A stretch of DNA of 64,000 nt from Promethearchaeati archaeon SRVP18_Atabeyarchaeia-1 (GTDB taxonomy: Archaea > Asgardarchaeota > Atabeyarchaeia > Atabeyarchaeales > Atabeyarchaeaceae). A program made the translations under genes and the position numbers. The notes under the pieces are model-generated. The model saw only the letters and a program-made list of their open reading frames with translations, was not told the DNA's origin and searched no databases. Positions 1 to 8,849 of this stretch are shown here, piece by piece. Within the stretch, counting starts at the first letter, position 1; every line of letters starts with the position of its first letter. The stretch is taken from positions 2,272,001 through 2,336,000 of the forward strand of contig CP147779.1 of the NCBI GenBank assembly GCA_037308085.1, given 5' to 3'.

Positions 1-72
1 TGTTATCAGCATGACCGTAAGTATCGGGGCAATAGCCCCATAGCGCCTTTCACGTTCAGGCAACAAAACCAC
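1..72 (-). CDS. 5' end of a gene running off the window edge (possible membrane protein, rhomboid-like N-terminus)
   Basis: GTG at 72 preceded by AGGA; reads VVLLPERERRYGAIAPILTVMLIT to the edge with no stop; only 24 codons visible. Confidence 0.3.
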   Translation of the reverse strand, partial: MVLLPERERRYGAIAPILTVMLIT

Positions 73-217
73 ATCCTAGCACATCATGCTCTATGAGTTC
101 CAGGTTTTTTTCTCCCCGTACAAGGTCGAGATCCATCCTTGGACAAGCCAGACCGGATCACATAGCCCTATGGAACACGAACCACCGCGATCCGATCGCA
201 ATGCAACTTCATATACA

Positions 218-568
218 TCACAATGACAACAAGTAACTGAAGAGTATCAGGAACGCCGAATAGAATATCAAGAGTCTAGCTCTTCCCTCAGCCTCACGCG
301 CCCTCTTCGTTGAATAGGAGGGTCCGTGGAATGCCTTCTCCGAGACCTTGGTGGCCGAAGGACCAGCGCCAAGCACAAAGAGGCCACCCATGGCTAACCC
401 AACCCCACCTTCAAGTAATGTGATCTCGGATACAAGGGCAAGGACAATCACTGCATCGTTCACAAGGTACGATATGATGAGTATGTTGACCAAGATCAGA
501 ATATTGCATAAAAGCAGTGCCTCCAGTGTCTTTATCAGCAGCTCCTTCGCAATTCGGCGCCGATCCAT
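218..568 (-). CDS. small membrane protein (about 3 TM), unknown function
   Basis: 116 aa with three hydrophobic stretches. Confidence 0.65.
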   Translation of the reverse strand: MDRRRIAKELLIKTLEALLLCNILILVNILIISYLVNDAVIVLALVSEITLLEGGVGLAMGGLFVLGAGPSATKVSEKAFHGPSYSTKRAREAEGRARLLIFYSAFLILFSYLLSL

Positions 569-679
569 GAAGCCCTCACCTACTCAAGTCGTCCCTCACG
601 GTGCACGAAACGCAAGTCCTTGCGTTACCACAAAAGCAGCCCTTCGATCATGACAAGAAACTGCAACCGCATTTCACGC

Positions 680-695
680 AAAAAAAAAGGGGGGA
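680..695 (-). terminator. oligo-T archaeal terminator candidate downstream of the binding-protein gene
   Basis: minus strand reads TCCCCCCTTTTTTTTT about 35 nt after the stop at 731. Confidence 0.5.
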
Positions 696-730
696 GTTGT
701 GTTACGGAGTCTAACCTCACCGTTTCCAGT

Positions 731-2758
731 CTACAACTTGCGGGGTCTGAAGACGTAGAACCCAGCAACGACCACGATGACAGCCAACTCAACAACAGCG
801 ATCAATAGACCATATGAGTCCCAGAATGTCGCAGCAGGTGGTGGTACGAACGAGTATCCGGCCTGCTCAAACTCAGCCTTAGCCAGAAGCAGAGCTACCG
901 AATACGTGTAGTTGCGCGGTATGATGGTAAAGTCGAAGCCATATGTCACTTTCGTGATAGGTGTCGTGATTCCATAGCCGCCGTAGCCTTGCAGAATGTT
1001 CTTGATTATCTGGTCCTTGGGGATCAAGTACTCGATCGCGTGTCTAACATGGTAGGCTGCTGCCTTTGCTTGGGAGGCATCTGACTGACCCAGAGGCGTT
1101 CCTAGACCTGTGCCCCAGATCGGGTTACGCAGGTTGAATCCCATCTCCTGGACACCATAGGCATCATAGGATACCCAGCTTGCCCAAGAGGGGTTCAGCG
1201 AACCCAAAGAGGTCTCAAGGTGGTATTGACTATCAAGCACCTGAACGTTGCCAGCCTCCAGAGCCGATATCGCAGCGGTAATGCCGTTAATGTACACGCA
1301 GTAGTAGTCAGTTATCCTGTAGACGCCCGCAGCTTCAAGCTCTGAAAGTCTAAAGTAGTTGTTGAACTTCTCCAGGTGTGATGTGAATGTGCTTGGGTTG
1401 TAGTCGACCCACTGGTATGGGCCATAACCAAAGGGCCCAACGGCTCCAGTGACAAGCGTTCCGTCCTTCTGGTAGTACGCGTATGTGTCTGTCGTGCCTG
1501 TGTTAAAGGATGTTCCCTGCAAAACAGGTGCATTGGATGGGTTCCAAGTGCTGTAGTCTGGGAAGGTGCTAGCGTTCACGAGCACTGACGCTGGATAGAA
1601 CGATCCTCCAAGGTCATTCCTCGTGAATGCCCAAGCGGCTTGCTCGTCGGCATGGACCTCATAGTAGTTCAGTGGCAGAGACGCTCCTGGGGTTCCCTGC
1701 TCGCCAGCCCAGTAGACACTGTGGTTTCCGTATCCAGCAGCAATGGCTGCAGGAATATTAGCACCACAAATGATCGAGCATATGTAGGAGTAAACGCCCG
1801 AGCCAGCAGATCCAGATGTAGGTGTCATCTGGTATCTCAAGCTGTAGACCCAGTCCCTACCATCGACTTCCTCACCATTTTGGAAGAGGATACCCGGTTT
1901 TATCCAGAAGGTCCAGTTCTTGCCGCCGTTTGTCGACGTGTAGTTTCCGTAAGCCATGTAGGGGTTCAGTGCGAATGACGTGTTGTACATAAACAAGCCT
2001 GCGCCGCCATTTTCACCCCAGATCGGTCCCATAGCAGTCAGGTCGTAGTATGATGTTGTGAGGTAGGGCACGAGACCCTCGCCCCCGCCAGGACCAAAGG
2101 CTCCTGTCTGCGCGATGGCGCAAGTCGTTGTGCCTAGAGTATCGTTCCACTGCTCAACGGCTGGCCATAGTGGGTAGTGCAAGTCATGGAATGGAGCTGA
2201 TTGGAAGCTTGGCTTGAACGCTACGATCTCCTTGGTGTACAAGAGGCAAACGCTCGGGAGCTGATCATAGCAGTAAGCCTCCCATTGATGGATGTAGTTT
2301 AGCTGCTTTGCTGTGTCGAGTTCATGGGTTATGTTGTAGGCCAAGGCATCGTTGTATGAGTCCTCCCAGAGGTAGTAGTTCTGGCCGGCTGGAGCCAACT
2401 GTGTACCGCTGAACAATCCGAAGCACCCAGTTGGTGTCGGACTCATGGCGTAGCCGATGAAGCCGATGTCGAATCCACCATCAGCCCAGCTATAGCCGAC
2501 GACTGATGGGTCAGGAGTCAACATCCTGCTGTAGGCAGTGTCCCATGGGACTATCTGCCTCACGGCAGTAATTCCGAACTGGGCGAAGGCGTTCGCGATC
2601 AGTAAGGCCCAAGCCTGCCTGTTAATGTTCGCGCCTGGAGTCAATAGGTTAACTGTTGGCCAAGCGGGGTATATCTGCCAAGTGGCAGCACCGCTGACTG
2701 GAGTATACAGAACGAATGGGGAAGCAATTCCGGCTATCATGATCGCTGTGAAGAACAA
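731..2758 (-). CDS. peptide/oligopeptide ABC transporter substrate-binding protein (family 5), C-terminal TM anchor; true start probably upstream (CTG 2779 or ATG 2820)
   Basis: motifs WTFWIKPGILFQNGEEVDGRDWVYSL, GPFGYGPYQW, VRHAIEYLIPKDQII; N-terminal hydrophobic signal; C-terminal TM plus RPRK; divergent from the dppBCDF-like operon. Confidence 0.9.
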   Translation of the reverse strand: MFFTAIMIAGIASPFVLYTPVSGAATWQIYPAWPTVNLLTPGANINRQAWALLIANAFAQFGITAVRQIVPWDTAYSRMLTPDPSVVGYSWADGGFDIGFIGYAMSPTPTGCFGLFSGTQLAPAGQNYYLWEDSYNDALAYNITHELDTAKQLNYIHQWEAYCYDQLPSVCLLYTKEIVAFKPSFQSAPFHDLHYPLWPAVEQWNDTLGTTTCAIAQTGAFGPGGGEGLVPYLTTSYYDLTAMGPIWGENGGAGLFMYNTSFALNPYMAYGNYTSTNGGKNWTFWIKPGILFQNGEEVDGRDWVYSLRYQMTPTSGSAGSGVYSYICSIICGANIPAAIAAGYGNHSVYWAGEQGTPGASLPLNYYEVHADEQAAWAFTRNDLGGSFYPASVLVNASTFPDYSTWNPSNAPVLQGTSFNTGTTDTYAYYQKDGTLVTGAVGPFGYGPYQWVDYNPSTFTSHLEKFNNYFRLSELEAAGVYRITDYYCVYINGITAAISALEAGNVQVLDSQYHLETSLGSLNPSWASWVSYDAYGVQEMGFNLRNPIWGTGLGTPLGQSDASQAKAAAYHVRHAIEYLIPKDQIIKNILQGYGGYGITTPITKVTYGFDFTIIPRNYTYSVALLLAKAEFEQAGYSFVPPPAATFWDSYGLLIAVVELAVIVVVAGFYVFRPRKL

Positions 2759-2801
2759 AGCGTAGAACTTCTTTTGCAGTTTTAGTCCACTCCTCGTCTT
2801 T

Positions 2802-2817
2802 TCTCTCTCTCTCTCTC
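2802..2817 (-). repeat. (GA)8 dinucleotide tract directly after an ATG upstream of the binding-protein ORF
   Basis: plus strand (TC)8 at 2802-2817 followed by CAT at 2818-2820. Confidence 0.9.
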
Positions 2818-2855
2818 CATATTCTATTACGGTTGACTGTTAGGTTACCATGTTT

Positions 2856-2867
2856 GGTTATATAACC
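2856..2867 (-). promoter_or_regulatory. TATA box candidate for the binding-protein gene
   Basis: perfect palindrome GGTTATATAACC with purine-rich BRE-like AAAGG upstream on the minus strand. Confidence 0.5.
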
Positions 2868-3206
2868 TTTGCGTGAAATCTGTGACCGGATCTTTGTCGC
2901 ATATCATCCTACGCTAAGGAGCAAACACTCAGTGAAACAGCTACCGACAGGTCACGCGCTGCGCGAAGTAGTGATGAACACGAAGCGAGAGACGCCCAGA
3001 GGAAACTAAACATTTAAATATGTCTTCCTGAAACTCATCATACCAATCATGCCTCACATGCCGTGAGGTATGTGCGCTCATCGAGTCTCTTCTCGCGCAA
3101 AGTCCGTGCCTCGCGCAGACGGAGTATCTAGCAATGTGATCGAGGAATGTTGCGCGGTAGGGACCGGTTGGGCGTTTAGGGCAAACTGGGTCGTGGTGAG
3201 AACCTC

Positions 3207-4181
3207 GTGAGGCTGTGGCAGTATATTGTCAGGCGGATACTCTACCTAATCCCGCTTTTCATAGGTATATCTATCGTAGTATTCATTCTGACAAGGCTCG
3301 CGGGTGACCCTGTTCAGCTAATGACACTGGGAAATCCCCGCATGACTGAAGAACAGAGGCAAATCATGAGGGCGTACTTCGGGCTTCTCGGCAATCCCTT
3401 GGACCAGTACATCCATTGGTTCGTCAACTTTGTCCAGCTTAACTTTGGCTATTCCTTCTGGAACCATGTTAGCGTAAACACCATCATAGGTTGGTATTCT
3501 TGGAACACCATTGAATTGCAGCTAATTGCGCTCCTGTTCTCAATGATGATCGCTATACCCATCGGGATTATGTCAGCGAGGAAGCAGTACTCCAAGACGG
3601 ACCAGGCTGTAACGACTACGGCGCTGCTGGGCGTCTCGGTTCCCGTGTTTGTTCTTGGCTTAGCAGGCATCATGCTATTCGCATTGACGCTCCGATGGCT
3701 ACCATGGGGCGGCGCCTTCACTGCAGCTCCAAATTCGCCGCTGTTTGGCAATATAGCAATCGACCATCTTATCCACTTAGTCATGCCAGCCTTGATCCTA
3801 ACTATGGCAGATCTCGCTACAATCGTCTTGCTTGTCAGATCATCCATGCTTGAAGTCCTGAGGCAGGACTACATAGTCGCCGCGCAGGCAAGCGGGCTGA
3901 GCGATAGGACTGTGATATACAAGCACGCCTTGCGCAATGTGATGATACCGGTTGTCACATACACCGGTTTGTACCTCGGAGGAATGCTAGCGGGCGCCCC
4001 GGTCACTGAAACCGTCTTCAACTGGCCGGGTCTAGGCAGGCTCTACGTTACGGCCGTCCAGAATCTCGACTTCCCGATAATCCAGGCAGTGACAATGATT
4101 ATTACGCTCATGGTCCTGTTTGCAAACCTTGCAACAGATATTCTTTATGCCTATATCGACCCAAGAATCAGGCTGGATTAG
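3207..4181 (+). CDS. dppB: peptide ABC transporter permease (DppB/OppB family)
   Basis: YIVRR start; RSSMLEVLRQDYIVAAQASGL (EAA loop); ETVFNWPGLG; DILYAYIDPRIR. Confidence 0.93.
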   Translation: MRLWQYIVRRILYLIPLFIGISIVVFILTRLAGDPVQLMTLGNPRMTEEQRQIMRAYFGLLGNPLDQYIHWFVNFVQLNFGYSFWNHVSVNTIIGWYSWNTIELQLIALLFSMMIAIPIGIMSARKQYSKTDQAVTTTALLGVSVPVFVLGLAGIMLFALTLRWLPWGGAFTAAPNSPLFGNIAIDHLIHLVMPALILTMADLATIVLLVRSSMLEVLRQDYIVAAQASGLSDRTVIYKHALRNVMIPVVTYTGLYLGGMLAGAPVTETVFNWPGLGRLYVTAVQNLDFPIIQAVTMIITLMVLFANLATDILYAYIDPRIRLD

Positions 4182-4271
4182 TAGTCATGTTTCCTTGGAA
4201 TACTTGCAGTGAGGTCCCAGCACGGGCTATGGTTCGACCGCGTAACCAACTTAGAGGGAGAGATTGGAGAG

Positions 4272-5213
4272 TTGAGTGGTAAGAAACAATCGAGCGCTTC
4301 GCCGCAGAGCGCCAAGAAGAAAGCCAAAGCAGTCAGCATGTGGGGGCTTGCCTGGCAGAGGTTCAAGAGGAATAAGGTTGCGCTAGCTGGGCTGTTCGTA
4401 ATTGGCTACATATTCTTCATGGCAATCTTTGCAGATTTCATAGCACCCTATAAACCAAACGATGTCATAGACATTCTCATCTCAGGACAGAATGGAAAAG
4501 GTCCGACCTGGGCGCATCCCTTCGGAACGACTCTTGGGGGTCAGGATGTATTCAGCGTGATCGTGTACGGAGCAAGATCGGCCTTACTCATTGGCTTCGG
4601 TGCGGCAGCCATCGCGATAGGTGTTGGAGTGCTTATCGGAATTGTCTCTGCCTACTATGGAGGGTGGGTCGACGAACTCCTGATGCGATTCACTGAGATC
4701 TTCCTAGTCATGCCCTTCCTTCTGATCATAATGGTTCTGATGAACGTCTTCAACAAGCTCTTTCCTTCCGGCGTTCCAGTGATTGGTGGGATTGGCCTCA
4801 TCATACTAGTGATCGGCCTCTTCTCGTGGCCAGGAAACGCCAGGCTCATAAGGGGCGAGGTGCTGAGAGTAAGAGAATCAGAGTTCATCGCTGCCTCGAA
4901 GTGTCTGGGGGCCTCCGGCCGCCGCATACTATTTCGGCACATATTGCCCAACGTTCTCTACATAGTCCTCGTTTTGACTACGCTACAGATCGCTGGCGCC
5001 ATCCTGACAGAGGCTGCGCTGAGCTTTCTGGGCTTTGGGGATCCCAATTCGACAACTTGGGGACAGTTGCTTACTGGTGCGACCGATGACTTGACACGTG
5101 GGATATGGTGGACAACCGCCTTTCCAGGCTTGTTCCTTACGTTGCTAGTCTTGGGGTTCAACCTACTCGGAAACGGACTCAGAGATGCACTAGATCCCAG
5201 ACTAAGAGAGTAA
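4272..5213 (+). CDS. dppC: peptide ABC transporter permease (DppC/OppC family); start taken at TTG 4272
   Basis: WQRFKRNK, HPFGT-x2-GQD, RHILPN, FNLLGNGLRDALDPR. Confidence 0.93.
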   Translation: MSGKKQSSASPQSAKKKAKAVSMWGLAWQRFKRNKVALAGLFVIGYIFFMAIFADFIAPYKPNDVIDILISGQNGKGPTWAHPFGTTLGGQDVFSVIVYGARSALLIGFGAAAIAIGVGVLIGIVSAYYGGWVDELLMRFTEIFLVMPFLLIIMVLMNVFNKLFPSGVPVIGGIGLIILVIGLFSWPGNARLIRGEVLRVRESEFIAASKCLGASGRRILFRHILPNVLYIVLVLTTLQIAGAILTEAALSFLGFGDPNSTTWGQLLTGATDDLTRGIWWTTAFPGLFLTLLVLGFNLLGNGLRDALDPRLRE

Positions 5214-5265
5214 ACGATACAGTAGTTAGACGAGCGAACCTCAAACGTGGAGTGTAGAGTTAGTC

Positions 5266-6252
5266 ATGCTAATCCAAACCGACAACCTCAAGACATATTT
5301 CTACACCTGGGCAGGCGTTGTGAAAGCTGTAGATGGAATCACATTCAACATCGGCGAAAGTGAGACGCTAGGCTTTGTCGGCGAATCAGGCTCTGGGAAG
5401 ACAGTGACAGCGCTCTCCATCATGCAATTAGTTCCTAGACCTGGCAAGATTATTGGCGGGAGGATCGACTTCAAAGGAAAAAACCTGCTCGAATACAACG
5501 AACGCCAAATGCAGCGCATCCGAGGGAAGGAGATAGGCTACATATTTCAGGATCCATCTACGTCGCTAAACCCAGTTTTCTCCATCGCCAACCAATTCGT
5601 GGAAGTCATAGTGAAACACCAGCAAGTTAGCAAGAAGGAAGCACTGCATCGGGCAATTGAGCTGCTGAAACTCGTGGAGATACCTGACCCGGACAAAAGG
5701 ATCTGGAACTATCCACACCAGCTGAGCGGCGGTATGAAGCAGAGGGTTGCGGTTGCCAGGGCACTCTCATGCAATCCAAGCCTTCTTCTGGCGGACGAGC
5801 CCACGACCGCCCTCGACGTTACAATACAGGCACAGATACTGGATCTCATGAAGAGACTTCAGCAGAAGCTGGGAATGTCCATTCTTCTTATTACCCACGA
5901 CATGGGAGTTGTGGCTGAGACAACCAAGCGCATAGTTGTGCTCTACGCTGGGCGAGTCTGTGAGGCATCAGATACCGTATCAATATTCAAGAAGCCGATG
6001 CACCCATACACTGTGGCTTTGCTGACCTCCGTACCACACTTAGGTCTCAAGGTTGAGAAACTCGAAGCTATACCTGGAAACATACCGAATCTCATAGACC
6101 CACCGTCAGGCTGCAGATTCCACCCCAGATGTAAGTACGCTGTGCGCAAATGTTCTCAGGAGGTTCCTGAAGCGGTGGAGATCGAGAAGGGTCATTTCTC
6201 CGCGTGCCTGCGCGTCCAAGACAACGAGATTTCCTTGGAGAGCCCATTGTAG
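5266..6252 (+). CDS. dppD: peptide ABC transporter ATP-binding subunit
   Basis: GESGSGKT, YPHQLSGGMKQRV, ADEPTTALDVT, C-terminal GCRFHPRC. Confidence 0.95.
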   Translation: MLIQTDNLKTYFYTWAGVVKAVDGITFNIGESETLGFVGESGSGKTVTALSIMQLVPRPGKIIGGRIDFKGKNLLEYNERQMQRIRGKEIGYIFQDPSTSLNPVFSIANQFVEVIVKHQQVSKKEALHRAIELLKLVEIPDPDKRIWNYPHQLSGGMKQRVAVARALSCNPSLLLADEPTTALDVTIQAQILDLMKRLQQKLGMSILLITHDMGVVAETTKRIVVLYAGRVCEASDTVSIFKKPMHPYTVALLTSVPHLGLKVEKLEAIPGNIPNLIDPPSGCRFHPRCKYAVRKCSQEVPEAVEIEKGHFSACLRVQDNEISLESPL

Positions 6253-6264
6253 GAGGATGGAAAC

Positions 6265-7335
6265 GTGGTCTCACCAGTTGAGTCAACAGAAAAGTCGTCA
6301 GACATGTCCTCAGACAACGTGATACTGAATGTTACCAGTCTACTGAAGTACTATCCAGTCTGGTCGAGAGGCATAATCCTCAAGAGAAGAGTAGGGAATG
6401 TCCACGCTGTCGACAACGTCAGTTTCTCAGTGAAAAAGGGTGAGACATTCGGCCTCGTTGGCGAGAGCGGGTGCGGCAAGACCACGACCGCGAAACTTAT
6501 TCTCCATCTCGAATATCCGGACATGGGTGAGGTCTACTTCGAGGGGAAGAACGTAACCCAGACGATGCTTAAGGGAACTACGGCTGACAGATTAGCGCTG
6601 AGACGAAGAATGCAATACGTGTTCCAGAATCCCTATGCGTCCCTCGATCCTAGGATGACAGTGGCAGACATCATACTTGAACCCATGAGTATTCACCACC
6701 ATCTACCCATGGCAAAGTGGAAGGATAGATTATTCGAGCTAATTCACCTCGTCGGACTGGAAGACTACCACGTTGAGAGGTACCCACACGAGTTTAGTGG
6801 AGGCCAGAGACAGCGAATATGCATCGCTCGTGCACTAGCTGTCGAACCCGATCTCATTGTAACCGATGAACCCGTAGCTTCACTGGATGTCTCTATCAGG
6901 GCTCAAGTTCTCAATCTACTAGAAGACCTTCAGAACAAGTTTGGTCTCACTTATGTTTACATCTCGCACGACTTGAGCACCGTTCGACACGTCAGCGACA
7001 GAGTCGCGGTAATGTACCTTGGCAAGTTTGTTGAGCTTGCTGACGTCACCGCGCTTTACTCTGAGCCACTTCACCCATACACAGAAGCACTAATGTCAGC
7101 TATTCCGGTTCCAGATCCAACTGGCAAGAGTAAGGAGAAGCGAATAATCCTGCGTGGCGAGGTTCCAAGCCCGATAAACCCGCCTGTAGGATGCAGATTC
7201 CACCCGAGATGCAACTACGCGATGGACATCTGCAGGAAAGCTGAGCCCGCACTTGAAGAGGTGAAGACGGATCACTTCGTAGCATGCTTCTTGCACCACA
7301 AGACGAAGGCAAAACCGGTGATCTACGCCAAGTAG
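6265..7335 (+). CDS. dppF: peptide ABC transporter ATP-binding subunit
   Basis: GESGCGKT, RYPHEFSGGQRQR, GEVPSPINPPVGCRFHPRC. Confidence 0.95.
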   Translation: MVSPVESTEKSSDMSSDNVILNVTSLLKYYPVWSRGIILKRRVGNVHAVDNVSFSVKKGETFGLVGESGCGKTTTAKLILHLEYPDMGEVYFEGKNVTQTMLKGTTADRLALRRRMQYVFQNPYASLDPRMTVADIILEPMSIHHHLPMAKWKDRLFELIHLVGLEDYHVERYPHEFSGGQRQRICIARALAVEPDLIVTDEPVASLDVSIRAQVLNLLEDLQNKFGLTYVYISHDLSTVRHVSDRVAVMYLGKFVELADVTALYSEPLHPYTEALMSAIPVPDPTGKSKEKRIILRGEVPSPINPPVGCRFHPRCNYAMDICRKAEPALEEVKTDHFVACFLHHKTKAKPVIYAK

Positions 7336-7549
7336 CTCTGCATCCCACTCCTTGTTTTGTTTCCTGGTTCAAGCCTCAGCAATTGAGGAACTGGCTGGTA
7401 CAGAATTCCTTGTACTTGCCCTGATCGGAATACGCACACTTCTTCCGGCTGCACCTGATAGGATTATCTTTATATGCCGTAGACCATCATGTTTCGTCTA
7501 CCTGAGTTGTTGCGTCTCTTGCAGCGGAAGATTCCCATTGGGACGGGGG

Positions 7550-8350
7550 ATGGCTCATCGATTGCCGGAGGTCCATGCAAGTCAACTCGCAGTGAGTTCT
7601 TCAGGCTTCTTTCCAACTTTAATCGTCTTTTGTCTGGTAATCATCATCCTAATGGCAATCTTCAGGGCTAGAACGGCGAGCAGAATTCGCCGATTGAGGC
7701 AAGCACGCTCTCCCAGTCAAAATAGCGCTTCCTCCGGCTTAGAGGCGACCAGAAGAAGCAGCGACGTACGCGCTTTCATCTATGCGCTCAGAAACCCAGA
7801 TTGGGAGGCAAGAAGTGCAGCTGCCTTGGCCTTGGGCATCTACGGCGATCAATCAGTGGTTCACGTCCTTGTCAACACGTTGCTCACAGACAAGAACGAG
7901 GCAGTTAGGGAGAACGCCGCTCAGTCGCTTAATCGCATCGACCCCGTAAATGCAGTTGACCCTCTAATCAAGGTGATCATGGAGTATGTGCGAGGTGCGG
8001 AAGAATGCACAAAGCTTGCTGTAACTTCGGCTCACATTCTTGGTGAGTCAAATAGCCCCAATGCCCTGAATTGCCTCAGAAATCTGCGCGAATTTCTCGA
8101 CAAGAAGGGTCTCCAACCAGAATCAGAGGGGGTTGCAGCCGCGGTCAACAAGATCCAATCAAGTACGCAAGTGGCTGGCAAGAAATGCTGTGTATGTAAT
8201 CTTCCCTTCAGGAAGGGTGACCGTGTGGTTCGCTGCCCCGCCTGTGGAAACGTCGCGCATAGGGGTCATATGCTTGAATGGCTACATGTGAGGGGTTCTT
8301 GCCCAGTTTGTCAAGCTAGGGTCCAAGCATCGGCACTCCAAGAATCATAG
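7550..8350 (+). CDS. single-pass membrane protein with HEAT-like repeats and a C-terminal RING-type Zn finger
   Basis: TM (FFPTLIVFCLVIIILMAIF); repeats WEARSAAALALG and EAVRENAAQSL; CCVC-x12-CPAC-x4-HRGH-x3-W-x6-CPVC; ATG at 7550 after GGGGG. Confidence 0.8.
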   Translation: MAHRLPEVHASQLAVSSSGFFPTLIVFCLVIIILMAIFRARTASRIRRLRQARSPSQNSASSGLEATRRSSDVRAFIYALRNPDWEARSAAALALGIYGDQSVVHVLVNTLLTDKNEAVRENAAQSLNRIDPVNAVDPLIKVIMEYVRGAEECTKLAVTSAHILGESNSPNALNCLRNLREFLDKKGLQPESEGVAAAVNKIQSSTQVAGKKCCVCNLPFRKGDRVVRCPACGNVAHRGHMLEWLHVRGSCPVCQARVQASALQES

Positions 8351-8478
8351 CAGGAAACGAAGATTGAGCACGAAGGCGCCTATCACACCTACGCCTATCC
8401 TGAACAAGGAGCCGACTTGCGACTGCACTGTGGGCGGTCATGCTTAGCGTATTCTTGATCAAGTGCCGATTAAGCTGC

Positions 8479-8727
8479 TTATTCGACGCGCAAGTCTTTG
8501 AGTACGATGTGTGTGTTCGTCTCTTCTATTCCTTTTATCGGGTCAAGCTTGTCCAGTACTATATCGTGGAGTTCCTCCATTCTGCTGGCTTCAACTTCCA
8601 GCAGGATGTCGTATTCCCCCGTTATTGTGGCAAACCTATGAACAAGTTTTATCCTCTCAATCTGGGATAGGACCGTCTTTAGCATTCTGGGCGTAACTTT
8701 GATGAGAATCACTGCGCGGATGGCCAT
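8479..8727 (-). CDS. stand-alone Lrp/AsnC ligand-binding (RAM) domain protein
   Basis: RAVILIKV...ITGEYDILLEVE...IKGIEETNTHIVL. Confidence 0.88.
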   Translation of the reverse strand: MAIRAVILIKVTPRMLKTVLSQIERIKLVHRFATITGEYDILLEVEASRMEELHDIVLDKLDPIKGIEETNTHIVLKDLRVE

Positions 8728-8849
8728 CCTGCACGAACCTCCTTTCATGGCTGCACATTCTTCTATTTGACCGTAATGGGGCCATGGTCTTTTATCCTAT
8801 TTCCATTAAATGTGGCACTAAGCCAGTCTGGTTAGTCTTTGTTTATCCT

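Noticed and set aside
2971-3031. Possible C/D box sRNA (GTGATGA ... CTGA about 60 nt apart)
   Set aside because: No convincing internal C'/D' pair, and the interval contains the likely TATA box (TTTAAATA) of the permease operon.
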